Shown here one piece after another: positions 48,740-61,124 of a stretch of 63,729 nucleotides of DNA. Numbering within the stretch: position 1 is the first letter of the stretch; the number at the start of each line of letters is the position of its first letter. Below the pieces are notes generated by a model. The model saw only the letters and a list, made by a program, of their open reading frames with translations. It had not been told where the DNA came from and searched no databases. A program made the translations under genes and the position numbers. Source of the DNA: Phoronis australis (lineage: Eukaryota > Animalia > Phoronida); assembly GCA_002633005.1 (NCBI GenBank), contig NMRA01000037.1, positions 981,972-1,045,700 on the forward strand, in the 5' to 3' direction.

Positions 48740-51590
48740 TGATTATGATCCACAGGACGTTGACTTGTCTGATAAGATCATCAAGAAACTTGACTGCATT
48801 CTCGGTAAAACAAACAAAACACTTGAACGATACAAATTTAATGTACGCAAGCAACAGACGGATGGGTCTACTGACATTCCTCTCGCTGAGTTAAAAAAAA
48901 CTGCAAGTTTTGCGCGTATCTGGAGATCCAATTATTTCGTTATCAGTTCTAAGACTCGACACTGACATTAAAATTATGCACACACATTTTCAAGTCGCGC
49001 GAATCAACCGACACTCAAATGTTACAAATGTCAGGTGCTTCTGAAGTCAATAACATGACACATTCAAACAGCCAGAAACACCCTGGCACTTAGACACCTG
49101 TGGCAAGAATCACATTCTAAAAAAGTCGTAGTGCCTCGCTTTTGGTAAAACATGCAACGCTTGTCGTGGCCAAAACCATTTCAAAGGCTCAAAAGCTTAC
49201 TCAATGACCCGCAGCGACACCTCTCGTAAGTAAAACAACCGAATCCATGCTGTTAAACATGAAAGCGACACAGTGAGAGATTTGATGGCGAACTAATCAA
49301 CGTTGTCGATTCTCCAGCTACAGATGACAATGCCCTTCGAAATGCTTAATAGAAGGAATGCCGGTCAAATTCCAAGTTGGCGATGGTGCAACTGTTTGTA
49401 CTCAACCACTGAGCCTTTTTTCCCTCCTAAATGCAAGATGAGGCAGACCTCTATCACTCTACTATGTAGAACAAATCGATAATCCAACCAATTAAGAAGT
49501 AACTCTTTTAAGATGAAGAACCCCTCATTTTGATGACTTCGTAAGCAATCTTAACACTGTTAATAGGGAAGACCAAAATGGGCCAGGCTACTATCAACTA
49601 TCAGAAATTCAAGCGTGCAACGCCGTCATAGATTAGGTTTAACCTCTGTAGCCTTCAAGAATGAGCTAGGAACGTTACTTTGGGCGAAGTTCGTGAGTCA
49701 CACCCGTTGCATTTCACGTCTAGTACCTGTACCTGTATACGGGCGCTAACAGAGCTGTAGACCTGAAGCGTCTTGCTGTAATTGAACTGGACGAATCGGC
49801 TGAATAGGTCAACAACATGAAGCTCTCTGCTGAACGACCTCCGTACATTGATTCAAGACCTCTGAATACTGCACTTAAGCGTTAACTCTTTAAATTACCT
49901 GTCTTGAGTGATCTAGCCAAAGCTAAGGTATAATTCATTCTTCAAATGAGACCTTACCAACGGATACTGGATCATGATACCTTTGACACGCCAGGCAGCT
50001 CCGAGATTTCCAGAAAAATGTCTGCAAACTAGCAGCAAGTGCTCTGTAATGAATTTTCTGCGTGGCTGACGACATCCTTGTTAACGGAGTTGGCGACGAC
50101 TCCCAGCAAGCTGGTGCTGATCACTACCCTAAATAATTTTTCAGCCGTTGCAGTGAACTGAGCATCTGTCTTAATACGTCTACTTCGTCACTTCAGTCCC
50201 TTTCTTAAGGCACTTGCGCACGTGTGAGGGACCAAGAACAGATCCGGACAAGTCCGTCACAGTTCAGGAACTCACTATACCTTGTAACATGGAAGACGTA
50301 TCGAAGCTCTGCCACGACAGCCCGACATAACAGAACCCATTCGACAACTAACACCGCAGAAGGTTACACGGCATTGGACTCATGCTCAAGATGTAGAACT
50401 ACAGGAAGTGAAACTGATCATCTCTGCACCTGAAACCAAGCGCGAACACGTAATCCAGTGTGACGCATCAGACAAGGGACTCTAGGCTAGTCTACTGTAG
50501 AAAGGCAAACATGTTCAACTTTCACCACTGAAGATTTGAAGTGCCGTGTACGCCCTAAACAAGTTTTGGCAGTACACGGGTTAGACGACAAAATATCGCT
50601 CACTTACTACGAGCTGGTTGACGCTGTTGCCAAGGAAGCTGTCCACAAGACACCTCGACACCTGCAATGCATATGAGCATTCTAGAGTATGAAATAGACA
50701 TTGCTTGGAATCCATTGCAGATATGCTGTCACGAGTCTACCCTACCTTCCCCATCACGTCAGTGATGGTTCACAGTTCTCACTCATCAGTACGGTTGGAT
50801 GCTTATACTTCAGTACTAAGCGTCTCGAAATTAACCAAGATAAAAACTGAGAGTGACCAAGCTCGTCAGAAACTGAAGGAAGTGATACTCCACGGATAAA
50901 CCACGTGACAAGAGCAATTTACCCATTCAGCAACATCCATTCTTCTGTTTGCGAGATGAACCCAGTGTTCAGGATAGCATGCTTGTAAAAGGAGAACGTG
51001 TCATAATACCACTTTCTATTCGCCGAGTGGTGAAAATGTATCTACAATCGTCACATCTTGGGATTAAAAGCTTCTTACGACGTCCCAGGGAATGTCTATA
51101 CTGGCTTGAAATGTCTGGGGAAATCAAAGTCTGAGTGAACAGTTGAAGCCAATCCACAAAAAGAAAATATCATGTCTTACAAACTCCCCGACCGATCGTG
51201 GATCAAAGTAGGGTGCGACTTGTCACTTTTAGCGACGAGTATGTCATGTTCTTGATTACTTCAGTAACTTCTGAGAAATTGAAAAGTTGGGCATACAAGC
51301 AACACCGCGACATGTCATCAACAAACTCAGTGCTTTATTTGCTAGATTCAGACTTCCAAGAGCCGTCGTGAGTGGCGGTGTACCACAGTGTGTCTCAGGT
51401 GAATTTCGCACATGCGCCACCAAATGAGACATCGACCAAATATTCACCATTCCACACCATAGCCATTCCAACTGCGCAGCCGAATCATCTGTCAAGGCAG
51501 CGAAGTCCGTACTATGCAGAAAGCGTGCAATTGATAGTAGTAGTGATCCTTTCATCGCTACCTTGGAACTTTGCAATACATCGAAGCAGG
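48740..51590 (+). mobile_element. Heavily degenerate Ty3/Gypsy internal region (gag-pol relic)
   Basis: Remnants in Gypsy order: gag NKTLERYKFNVRKQ, knuckle FGKTCNACRGQNHF, protease VKFQVGDGAT, RT DLTNGYW and VADDILV, RNase H IQCDASDKGL, integrase GERVIIP..SHLGI..RECLYW and WIKVGCDL, AESSVKAAK. Many stops and frameshifts. Confidence 0.9.
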
Positions 51591-51687
51591 CGTGAAGTGG
51601 TCTTAATCAAAAGTTACATTTGGACTGCCACTAAGCTGCTTTAAACACTACAAAATATGATTTTGAAAGTTTTAAATCCGTAATTCA

Positions 51688-51992
51688 AACTAAGACCGCA
51701 GACCACCGCAACCAATGCGTTTTGCAATTAGGCGGTTTTAATTGTTCTTTGACGTCTCTCCCAGACAACCACTGTCTCACTCAGCAACTGCCATGGACTA
51801 TAGAAAAGGTGGATGCTTCCACATTTTCCAAAAGGAACTAGATAAATTTCCCAAGAATTAACTAAAACCGCAGACCACCGCAACACCTGACCAGCAATTC
51901 GTTTTTCAAATTAGGCGGTTTTAGTTGTTCTGTGACATCTCTTCCTGGCAACCACTATCTCATTCAATCACTGTCTTGGGCGGTAGAAAAGG
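51688..51992. repeat. Diverged tandem duplication of a ~175-bp unit
   Basis: AACTAA.ACCGCAGACCACCGCAAC..TTAGGCGGTTTTA.TTGTTCT..CAACCACT.TCTCA..TAGAAAAGG at 51688 and 51861. Confidence 0.8.
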
Positions 51993-51998
51993 AACTAT

Positions 51999-53983
51999 AG
52001 ACCCTATTCACGCCGACAGGAGGCGCGTTCCAAAACGAGGCTCGCTACGATAGCTCTGGTGGCTTATCCCCTTATCCACGTTGCTCGAACAGCTAGAAAA
52101 AATACGGACACTCAACTGTCTGTTTTACAATCCCTAAGGACGTTGGGATTCGGAAGCGTTGGGTCCTTGCCATACGCCGCGACGAAGGAAAATATGTCTG
52201 TGTAAAATATATAACTGTTTTCGGACCATAATTTGTCGCATCTAGGATGCCGCCATACTGCAACGAGGACCGGGGAATCTTCGGCCAGCCAGGCTGTGTT
52301 TTCATGATTATGGGTTGAAGCGCGATGCATTTTTCTTTCTCAATCTATCAATTTTGGGGCCAAATATCGGTCCAATTCCCCTCTCAAAAATATTAAAAAG
52401 TCAAGCAAAATTCCCGGCCCCACGAGGCCTAAAAATTCCCTTAGTGATTGAAAATTTCTCTCCAACGGATCAAATCACCTGTGACCACAGAGGTGACAAT
52501 TTGATAAAGTACAAAATCATAGGCGGATTTAGAGGGGGGAGGGAAGGGGCCTGCCCCCCCCCCACCCCCTTGACTGCCGCAAGCAAAATAAACCAGCAAA
52601 ACGTGATTCGGGAGGAAATACTGCGTTCGAGCTAGTAGGACCGCGGTAGCGAAGGACGAGGGAGGAAAACACGTTCCGTTTTGTTTTTAGTCCAACGACA
52701 GATTTCCTGAGCAGAAGGTATACATCCTCGGCGCCCGCAACTTCCGGGCCGCCTGCGTACATACAATCGCACTTTGCCCGCTTCTCCGAGGATGTCCGGC
52801 CCCCCTCATGGTATAGCCACTGAAAATGCTACTTGAGACAGAGCTATGAGAGCTTGCAACAGGGCGGGGTGCTGTTGATGGTGATCGGGAGGTCAGTAGA
52901 TTTTTCACTGACCCGTCACTCGGCGAAACGTTCCCTTCTCAGAAGGCCGCACTGGCACCTTTCCCCTCTCCGGGATATGAACGAGGCCTCTGAAGAAACA
53001 TGATAACTATGCTTGTTCCAGGGGAGATCCAGGACTTTGAGTTGGGGGGGGGGCAAGGCAGAGTCATTCGCCAAGATTTTGCCCGTCAGAAATTCGCGCT
53101 CCTGAACTGCCAATTATGGAATCTGGGAGAATTTTAGGGGGGGGGCATGGCCCCCTTGGCTCCCCTCGGAAATCCGCCACTGTGTTCTGTCCAGTTAACT
53201 GAAATTGAGCTCTAAAACGAGGTTATGCTTTGGACGAAAGAATTAGGTGTTTTAATTTTAAAATTCAACTTGGTCGAGATTGATATTTGAAAAATATGAA
53301 ATAGACGTAATTATTAAAACCAAGAAAGCAGAATTGATGGTCATATAATTTTTATTTTCAATTGCGAGTCTGGTTTTTTATCGTAATCAAAATATATATT
53401 TAATAACATCAAGTATTATTTCAGATCAATGACAAATCAACTGTTATAGTCCCGGTAGTGCCTACCTCACAAGGGCCTAGGCTATGCTTTAAGCTAACAC
53501 TCTTGAGCAACAAATTAAACCAGATGTGACTAATTGCACATGACAGCAGCATGCTACTGTATGAGCCACCACTGTCGAATATATCTTCAACTCGTCAACA
53601 ATACGACCAGATGACCTGGTTCGTGTAGAAAGCATTTTTATCAAGAATTTATTAGAAGAAACGTAACCCTGCATTCAGCATGATACCTAATCCGTAACAC
53701 TGCGATCGCCGGAATTTGGTCATGTTTACTTTTCATGTTTCAAACCTAGTTTTCCGGAAAAAAACTTGAATCCTTTCGTCAGACAACTCTTTGGTGCATT
53801 GACTTGTTCTTTAACTGTATTTTTCTACGTCTGTGTGGTTAATTATTAACACAGTTTTTAAGATTTAATATTCAGGTTGGACTCCGAAGACCGGCCATTT
53901 AACTCACGCAATGTAAATTTCCGCTTTGTTTATCGCAATGAGCCTCGCTTTGGATTTTAATGTCCGCCGCGTGAATAGAGTCT
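51999..53983. mobile_element. ~2-kb non-autonomous TIR element, possibly ISL2EU-like, with nested MITEs
   Basis: AGACCCTATTCACGC..CCAAAACGAGGCTCGCTACGATA and TATCGCAATGAGCCTCGCTTTGG..GCGTGAATAGAGTCT, flanked by AT (or TA) on both sides. Confidence 0.6.
53019..53182. mobile_element. MITE CAGGGGAGATCCAGG..AAATCCGCCACTG, 5-bp TSD TGTTC
   Basis: TGTTC at 53014-53018 and 53183-53187. Confidence 0.75.
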
Positions 53984-56900
53984 ATATGCGACACCTGATT
54001 GGTCGCCCATATTTCCTTTGTTCAGTTCAACGTGGTCTCTCTCATTCAGCCACCTACCTCGTAGTCTACAAGACCTAAGTTCGAAGTTACGTTTTATTAT
54101 TGTCATTTTTAAACGAACAAATGCAGAAAACAACTATAAAGTACTTGAAGATGCTTTAACTAAAAGTCTGAGGCTACTGACATCGTCTCAGAAAATTTGA
54201 AAAATTGTCCGGGTTGCCTGTCTGATCACCGGGGTTCCTAGTTTAAAGGTCGGGGTTCGTGTTTTTCGGGCTGGTATGATTTACACCGGGATTCCAATTT
54301 CGGTGGAACACCTTGAGACTGTTTGATGAGTATGCGCATTGTGTGGAAAAACGATCTACGTCATTGGAATGTCGACAACGCCTAGAAAGATGAAGAACTC
54401 AATCAGATCCTACCTACCGCAGAGCTTTCGATAAGCGCACGTCTTCGTTAAGCCCGGCACTGCCGACTCGACTGTTGTCATTTGTGACGTCGTAGGAGAT
54501 CATAGATTGTTTGGAAGTGCATTAGAGCGATAGAAGTAATTTGTAAAGGCAGTAACCACGTCGCCGACAGACAAAGAAAATCTTTCCAAAACTAAAATGG
54601 CCAACAAGGGGGAGCTGCAGTTTGACTGACACGCTATTGAACAACGCAGCTTTACAATTAATCATTACTTCCTACTCAATTGTTAATTGTGACGAAGCAG
54701 ATTCCATAGCAAATTTCTCCGCGAAGTCTAGAATTTGAGAATTATACCAAATAACAACAAACTAGAGGTACACAAGTCCAACAAAGGTTTAAAATCACTG
54801 GTGTTGCTAAACTCGAAGGCTCACAAGTCTGAATTTCAATGAGCCCGAAGGTTCACAAGCCATGAGCCTTAAAATTTTGTAAAGTCTTAAACTTTCATGA
54901 CAATGATGTCTGACACAAAGCTCCGATTCCGTGATTTCGAAAAACAATTCTATAATTCATATGCGGTAGGACTATCTGAAATAAATTTGCTGACGAGCAA
55001 GTGCCAGAATGCCAAAAACGGTTTTGAACAATAATCGGTAATGTGCGCTGAGCTTTAGTTGTCGCAATTACTGATGTTTTTAAATTTTCGTTAATTCTGC
55101 ATCATTAAATTTTGCTTCTTCACTGTCGGTGACTTCGCCTTATTAGTTTTCGGACAGATGTGCCCCCGGCCGGCGGACTTGCGAACCACGGCGGAATTGT
55201 GTAACCATGGGCTTATTTGGGACAATCGAACGCCCTTACTCCGTCTCTGTCAGACTTGTGAATATTTTCACGTTTGGTGCTTTGGACTTTTGTACTTGTA
55301 GACCCTCGGATTTATGGACCTTTATAAATTCATACCGGTAGTTGTCGTCATTTAGACTTGCAAACTTCCGTTCAATCGAGTGGTATGCTATTCATTTCGA
55401 TGAGCGTGCAGGCAATTGATAGAGCTAAAACATTTCGTCTTCTTGGCCGTTGTTCACTAAAACTGCATGCTAAGATTTTATGACCACTAACTCCACGCTG
55501 CGATGAACATTGCTTTTTACGTAAACTTAGCAATCATAATCGCCTTGTGTTGTATCACAACAAAGGTTACTTGAACACTATCACCCTCCCTACGGTTGGG
55601 TTCGCTGATCATAACCGCCTGTGCACTGAAGCCACTTGTGACAGTCCATACCTCTCTGTTGAACGCGGCGATATCAAAGTACAAATTTAAGTGCTTTAGA
55701 GAAATGCTTTATCTCTCAGAAGTACTAACGGCCAGCTTAAGTGCAGCTGACAGAAAGCCGGGGGTTTGGGTAAAATCACCGTAACATGGTTTAGTATCCT
55801 TAAACTCATCAAACTGATCCAAACGAATTTGTATCTGTCGAACTTGATGGATTAGTTGGAGGTCTTTTCATCCACAAACCTTTAACTCATTGTGTTGCGC
55901 GGAATAACTTCTGTACGTAAGTGTATATTGTCGTAAAGACCCAATCAACGCCATCTTTGAAAACCATTGCTTTGTTCTTGTTTTTGAGAATGGGTCGAAT
56001 AGAGTTCACTGATTCCTAATCGAGAGGATTATTGTTGTTTGAGGTTTACTATTTCAGCTTTACTTAATTTGCGCTGCGTGGGTCTTTGAGACCGCTTAGG
56101 CCTGTTACATGAAAATTGATTTTTAAGACTAAAAAAACTCCACACAGAAATTTACGGTCTTAGACCTAGTACGTCCTACACAACTATTTATGAAAATTAT
56201 CATCTCATTTTAGCAAAAAATACAGCCTCTGAGAACATGCCAATGACTTCCAGTAACTGAGATAATTTAAAACTGTTTCCAGATCGTGGTGTGCTCGTAA
56301 GTTCTTGATTGAGCCTTTAGCCAAGTTGGGAAGCGCGAGGTAAGACCAAATTTCTCTCTTAATTCCTGAATCACTTCACTGAGTTCCCAGCATGCTCTTT
56401 TTACAGCACAGCGCGAGACTAATGAGCTCATAATGAAGATATCGATGGCACAAGTCATTAAAGAAAAACCTTTTAAGGGGAGTAGACACAGTTGATCATA
56501 AAGCCGTAAAGCAGTCGTTGTTTTACGACATAGACTAATTCAAGGGACAGATTATTCAGTTTTGAAAAAAAAGTTTAATAATATCAAGCGACATCAAATC
56601 TGAAGTCATACAAATTGTTAGACAAACCCAAGTGTAGATATTAGGTCCGACAATTTTGAATTAATTCAAGAAGAAAGTTTTGCATGGTCTTAGATTTTTC
56701 ACATCAACTGGACTTATTTCCCAATCTCAGCAACACAACATAAGCGCCATCTAGAGAAATGCAGCGGAGTGATCATGATCTTGAAAGTGGTGCGCTTTTG
56801 AGGTCATTAAAAGTGACGCTGTTTTAACTAAAGTAGCCTTAAAAACGCCTTAGTCGGTAACATCCTAATTTTTCTTTCTTATTTCATAGAAAACACGTTA

Positions 56901-57419
56901 AGCATCTAAATAATATATAAAACAAAAATTTATGGCGTGACTTTTTGCGTAGACGCCAAAACGCTAAAATTTGATCTATTGAAATTCCAGGAAAGCGTTT
57001 ACTTCACGCATACTAAAGCAAGAAAACCAAGAAACTATAAAATATAATTAAAAACAGTTAAAAGCTTAAACTGTTAAAAGGGTATCAGTCATTAATTTAA
57101 GTGGAGATGACTTCATTAACCAATGTAAGTTAACCAGTTTCCAAAAGAATTTCTATCATTAATTTAATTAGAGACTGGCCGTTACGTTAGCAGCTAGTGG
57201 GAAGCGCCGAGGGGAAATCGTGTGCGGCTGCGGGATTCTTTCCCCAGGCAGTAGAAATTTCTTTCCAGAACATTTGACCCTGCCGTAACACAAAGTATGG
57301 TAATCAGATATTCTTTAAAGTGAAAACTAAGAATGCATTTAAAAATACTACATTGCTTCATAAATGTACATACTGAGGTAGAAAGCCAGATAACTGTATG
57401 AAGACTATCGTCAACATAC

Positions 57420-57557
57420 CGCCACTATTGGTTTCCCGTTTATTACTTTACACGAGTTATTCGTTTGACTATTTTTGTTAGTCCTTCCAGTTTCGCCATT
57501 TGCAATAAATAAACACAGGTATTTTGAGTTCACACATTTACTCTCATTTTACTGGCG
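57420..57557 (+). repeat. 5' LTR
   Basis: Direct repeat of 60987-61124; contains AATAAA. Confidence 0.95.
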
Positions 57558-57568
57558 TGGTGGCAGCG
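57558..57568 (+). promoter_or_regulatory. Primer-binding site TGGTGGCAGCG, complementary to the 3' end of a tRNA-Leu
   Basis: Immediately follows the 5' LTR; complement of ..CGCUGCCA-CCA. Confidence 0.75.
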
Positions 57569-57583
57569 TGTTCTTAACGAACC

Positions 57584-58421
57584 ATGGCTAAGGCACCCAA
57601 GCAGTGGTGTCTGACGAAATCTGAAACTATAAACTCCTTCGACAATTGGAGACATAATATAACCTATGTTTTATCGCTGGACACTAACTTTGCTGACTTT
57701 TTGCAAGGCGATTTTACTTGGGACAAGGCAAAGGTCCCTCTACGAGGGTTGTTCAATGACCCGGACACTGTTCCTGAGGCGCGGCGCCGAACCGCCGCCC
57801 AAAAACTAACTCATCTGAACTTAATGTTGGGACAAATCGCGAATTTTTGTCCAGTTATTTCACGTAACACCATCATTAAGCAGTCAACATCGCTTGCCTC
57901 TATCTGGCAAACCATACGTGCTCACTATGGGTTCCAAACGTCGGGTGGACACTTTTTGGACTTTGCTGAAATACGCCTTCTTCCCGATGAGCGTCCGGAG
58001 GACTTATACCAACGCATTATGGCATTTATTGAGGACAATCTTCTTGGTCCTGACAATACTATACTACACCATGGGTTACCCATCACTGACGAAGACGAAA
58101 TGTCTCCCACCCTTGAAAACCTAGCTGTCCTGACGTGGCTCCGCCTCGTAAACCCCGGACTTCCACGTCTCGTACAACAGCGTTATGGTCCCGAGCTGAG
58201 ATCCAAGACCCTGGCTTCTATCAAACCTGACATCTCCCAGTCTCTACAGGCTCTACTTGACGAACTCCAGTCATTAGAAGACGCCAAAGTCATGAGATCG
58301 GCCTCTGCTCCCCGTCGTACCCCATCTCTTCCCAGCCGTCGACCAACCAAGAGTTGCGCTCTTTGTAAACAGGCCCGCCGGTCGCAGTTCGATCATTACC
58401 TGTCCCAGTGCCCGTTTCTGC
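57584..58421 (+). CDS. Gag (open up to the assembly gap 58422-58722)
   Basis: Uninterrupted ORF MAKAPKQWCLTK.. ending in a C-x2-C-x9-H-x4-C knuckle. Confidence 0.85.
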
Positions 58422-58724
58422 NNNNNNNNNNNNNNNNNNNNNNNNNNNNNNNNNNNNNNNNNNNNNNNNNNNNNNNNNNNNNNNNNNNNNNNNNNNNNNN
58501 NNNNNNNNNNNNNNNNNNNNNNNNNNNNNNNNNNNNNNNNNNNNNNNNNNNNNNNNNNNNNNNNNNNNNNNNNNNNNNNNNNNNNNNNNNNNNNNNNNNN
58601 NNNNNNNNNNNNNNNNNNNNNNNNNNNNNNNNNNNNNNNNNNNNNNNNNNNNNNNNNNNNNNNNNNNNNNNNNNNNNNNNNNNNNNNNNNNNNNNNNNNN
58701 NNNNNNNNNNNNNNNNNNNNNNCC

Positions 58725-60500
58725 CGTGTTATTCCTCATTGTTCTCAGTATTTGTCTCCACTTGATGATGCGATTTCCGGCCAAGACTCCAAAGATAAGA
58801 TATCATGGTCTGATGAATTGTCTGCAGCTTTTACTTCCGCGCAGAGTGCCCTGTCCACGAACAAGATCATCACCCTCCCTCGTCCCGACGATCACATTTG
58901 GATTGTTACTGACGCTTCTGCAAAGCATCCTGGCATAGCTGCTACTTTATATGTCACCAGGTCCGATAAACCTCGTATCGCCTCTTTCTTCAGTGCCAAA
59001 CTTAAAGCCCGTCAAGTTCTTTGGCTTCCTTGCGAGATAGAGGCTCTGGCCATTGCTGTTGCTTTGAAACACTTCAGCCCCTACCTCATACAGTCGATCC
59101 ATCGGGCCACTGTTCTTACTGACAGCAAGCCATGCGTACAGGCCTTTGAGCGTTTGTGTAGAGGAGAGTTTTCTGTGAGCCCCAGGGTATCCACATTTCT
59201 GTCTGCTGTTTCGAGGTTCCAGGCGTCTATCCGCCATGTATCTGGGGCTTCAAACATTGTCTCGGATTTCGCTAGTCGTCATAGTGCGGAATGCACTGAT
59301 CAGTCGTGCCAACTCTGCTCCTTCATTTCCTCGACCGAGGAGTGCGTGGTTTTACGTACGTCATCTGACGACATCTTGTCCGGCACTACAAGACTTCCAT
59401 TTACATCACGATCAGCGTGGCATGGAATTCAGGCTGAATGTGCTGACTTACGCCGCACTCATGCTCACCTCACCCAGGGTACCCGACCAAGCAAGAAGGT
59501 AACCGATGCCAGAGATGTGAAGCGATACCTGAATGTTGCCAAAGTCGCCAATGATGGCTTACTGGTCGTTCGTCGCGATGCTCCTCTTTCATCTGGACGC
59601 GAGTGCATCATCGTTCCACGTTCCGTATTGGATGGTCTCCTTACAGCTTTGCATCTTCGCTTAGATCATCCCTCAGCAAACCAACTACGCCTCGTTATCC
59701 GTCGTTATTTCTACGCCCTAGACGTAGATGCTGCAGTTGATAGATGTACACAGTCTTGTCATCAGTGTTGCTCCCTGCGTGCGTTCCCCAAAACCCAGGT
59801 CAGCCAAGAAACCTTGGATCCTCCCCCCGCCGTAGGTGTATCCTTTGCTGCGGATGTCATGAAACGCGATCGACAGGACATCCTTGTGCTTCATGAGTGC
59901 GTGTCATCATACACACTTGCGCGCATTATTGACAGCGAACGGGCTGAGAGTTTGCGAGATAATCTCCTCCAGATGTGTATTGAGCTTCGACCCTTGGATG
60001 GCCCCCCTGCTGTGATTCGCACTGATCCTGCTCCTGGATTTCAGGCTCTCCGCAACGATGAAATTCTTAAGCGCCACAGATTGATGCTAGAGATAGGGCG
60101 AGTTAAGAACCCCAACCACAACCCTGTTGCAGAGAAGGCGGTTCGCGAATTGTCCGATGAGTTGCTGAAAGATCACTTGGGTAATGGGAAAGTCACTCCC
60201 TTACAACTGTCCCTTGCTGTTGCTCGGCTCAATAGCCGTCTACGCTCCAGAGGATTATCTGCACGTGAAATTTGGTTCCAACGTGATCAGTTTACTAATG
60301 CGCAGTTACCCATCGATGACCAATCTATGATTCATGCTCAACATCAGGACCGCATAAAGAACCATGAATCTAGCGTGAAATCGAAAGCCCCTTTACGAAA
60401 GGTCCCTCCTTCATGCCGTGCAAATGTGGGAGACTTGGTGTACCTCTATTCTGACCGAGACACGATCTCGTCCTCGCTATCTCGTGGTCAGCCGGGATGA
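58725..60500 (+). CDS. Pol C-terminal half: RT connection, RNase H, integrase (frameshift near 60460; C-terminus continues in ORF 60418-60891)
   Basis: IVTDAS, WLPCEIEALAI, VLTDSKPC (RNase H); H..DHP..CHQC zinc finger; FAADV / IRTDPAPGF / NPVAEKAVREL catalytic D,D,E; VGDLVYL then RPRYLVV in another frame. Confidence 0.92.
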   Translation, partial: RVIPHCSQYLSPLDDAISGQDSKDKISWSDELSAAFTSAQSALSTNKIITLPRPDDHIWIVTDASAKHPGIAATLYVTRSDKPRIASFFSAKLKARQVLWLPCEIEALAIAVALKHFSPYLIQSIHRATVLTDSKPCVQAFERLCRGEFSVSPRVSTFLSAVSRFQASIRHVSGASNIVSDFASRHSAECTDQSCQLCSFISSTEECVVLRTSSDDILSGTTRLPFTSRSAWHGIQAECADLRRTHAHLTQGTRPSKKVTDARDVKRYLNVAKVANDGLLVVRRDAPLSSGRECIIVPRSVLDGLLTALHLRLDHPSANQLRLVIRRYFYALDVDAAVDRCTQSCHQCCSLRAFPKTQVSQETLDPPPAVGVSFAADVMKRDRQDILVLHECVSSYTLARIIDSERAESLRDNLLQMCIELRPLDGPPAVIRTDPAPGFQALRNDEILKRHRLMLEIGRVKNPNHNPVAEKAVRELSDELLKDHLGNGKVTPLQLSLAVARLNSRLRSRGLSAREIWFQRDQFTNAQLPIDDQSMIHAQHQDRIKNHESSVKSKAPLRKVPPSCRANVGDLVYLYSDRDTISSSLSRGQPG

Positions 60501-60986
60501 CACCTGGTTGAATGTCCAGAAGTTCATTGAGAATCAGTTGCGATCTACATCCTATCGCGTAAAGGACACCGAATGTTACAAGGTCCCTTCAGAGACACCT
60601 TCACTTTACGGTCCAGTTACCCACGACCTCACCGATGATGTAGAAGATCATGTCCCTCGATTAATGCTCCCATTAGCAACCCAGCCTGCACCTCAGTTAC
60701 CACCTTCTAGTGTGTCTGATGTTCTTCCTGGAGTAAACCTGAGTCAACCTTCCCACACCTCGAATGATGTTGTTCTTACCAATGATGCGGGTCATACTAG
60801 CAGCGGTACACTTCCAGGACCACACGTCCTCCAACCTACCTTCAGGATTTTGTGGTTGATTAAGTGTTATGGTATCCTCCCTGGACTTTGATGGTACCGA
60901 TCCTAGTTCAAGTGTACTACATGTATTGTGCTAGTTTTTTTCTTAGGACTGATAAGTGTTACTTCACAGGACTTAAAGAGACATTA

Positions 60987-61124
60987 CGCCACTATTGGTT
61001 TCCCGTTTATTACTTTACACGAGTTATTCGTTTGACTATTTTTGTTAGTCCTTCCGGTTTCGCCATTTGCAATAAATAAACACAGGTATTTTGAGTTCAC
61101 ACATTTACTCTCATTTTACTGGCG
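60987..61124 (+). repeat. 3' LTR
   Basis: Direct repeat of 57420-57557. Confidence 0.95.

Larger units (their letters stand above)
57420..61124 (+). mobile_element. Young Gypsy-type LTR retrotransposon with non-canonical short LTRs and a 3-bp TSD (Troyka-like)
   Basis: 138-bp LTRs at 57420-57557 and 60987-61124 differing at one base; termini CGCCA..TGGCG; TAC on both flanks; PBS, gag, RNase H and integrase inside. Confidence 0.93.

Noticed and set aside
58290-58938. ORFs spanning X runs
   Set aside because: Artefacts of translating the 301-N gap.
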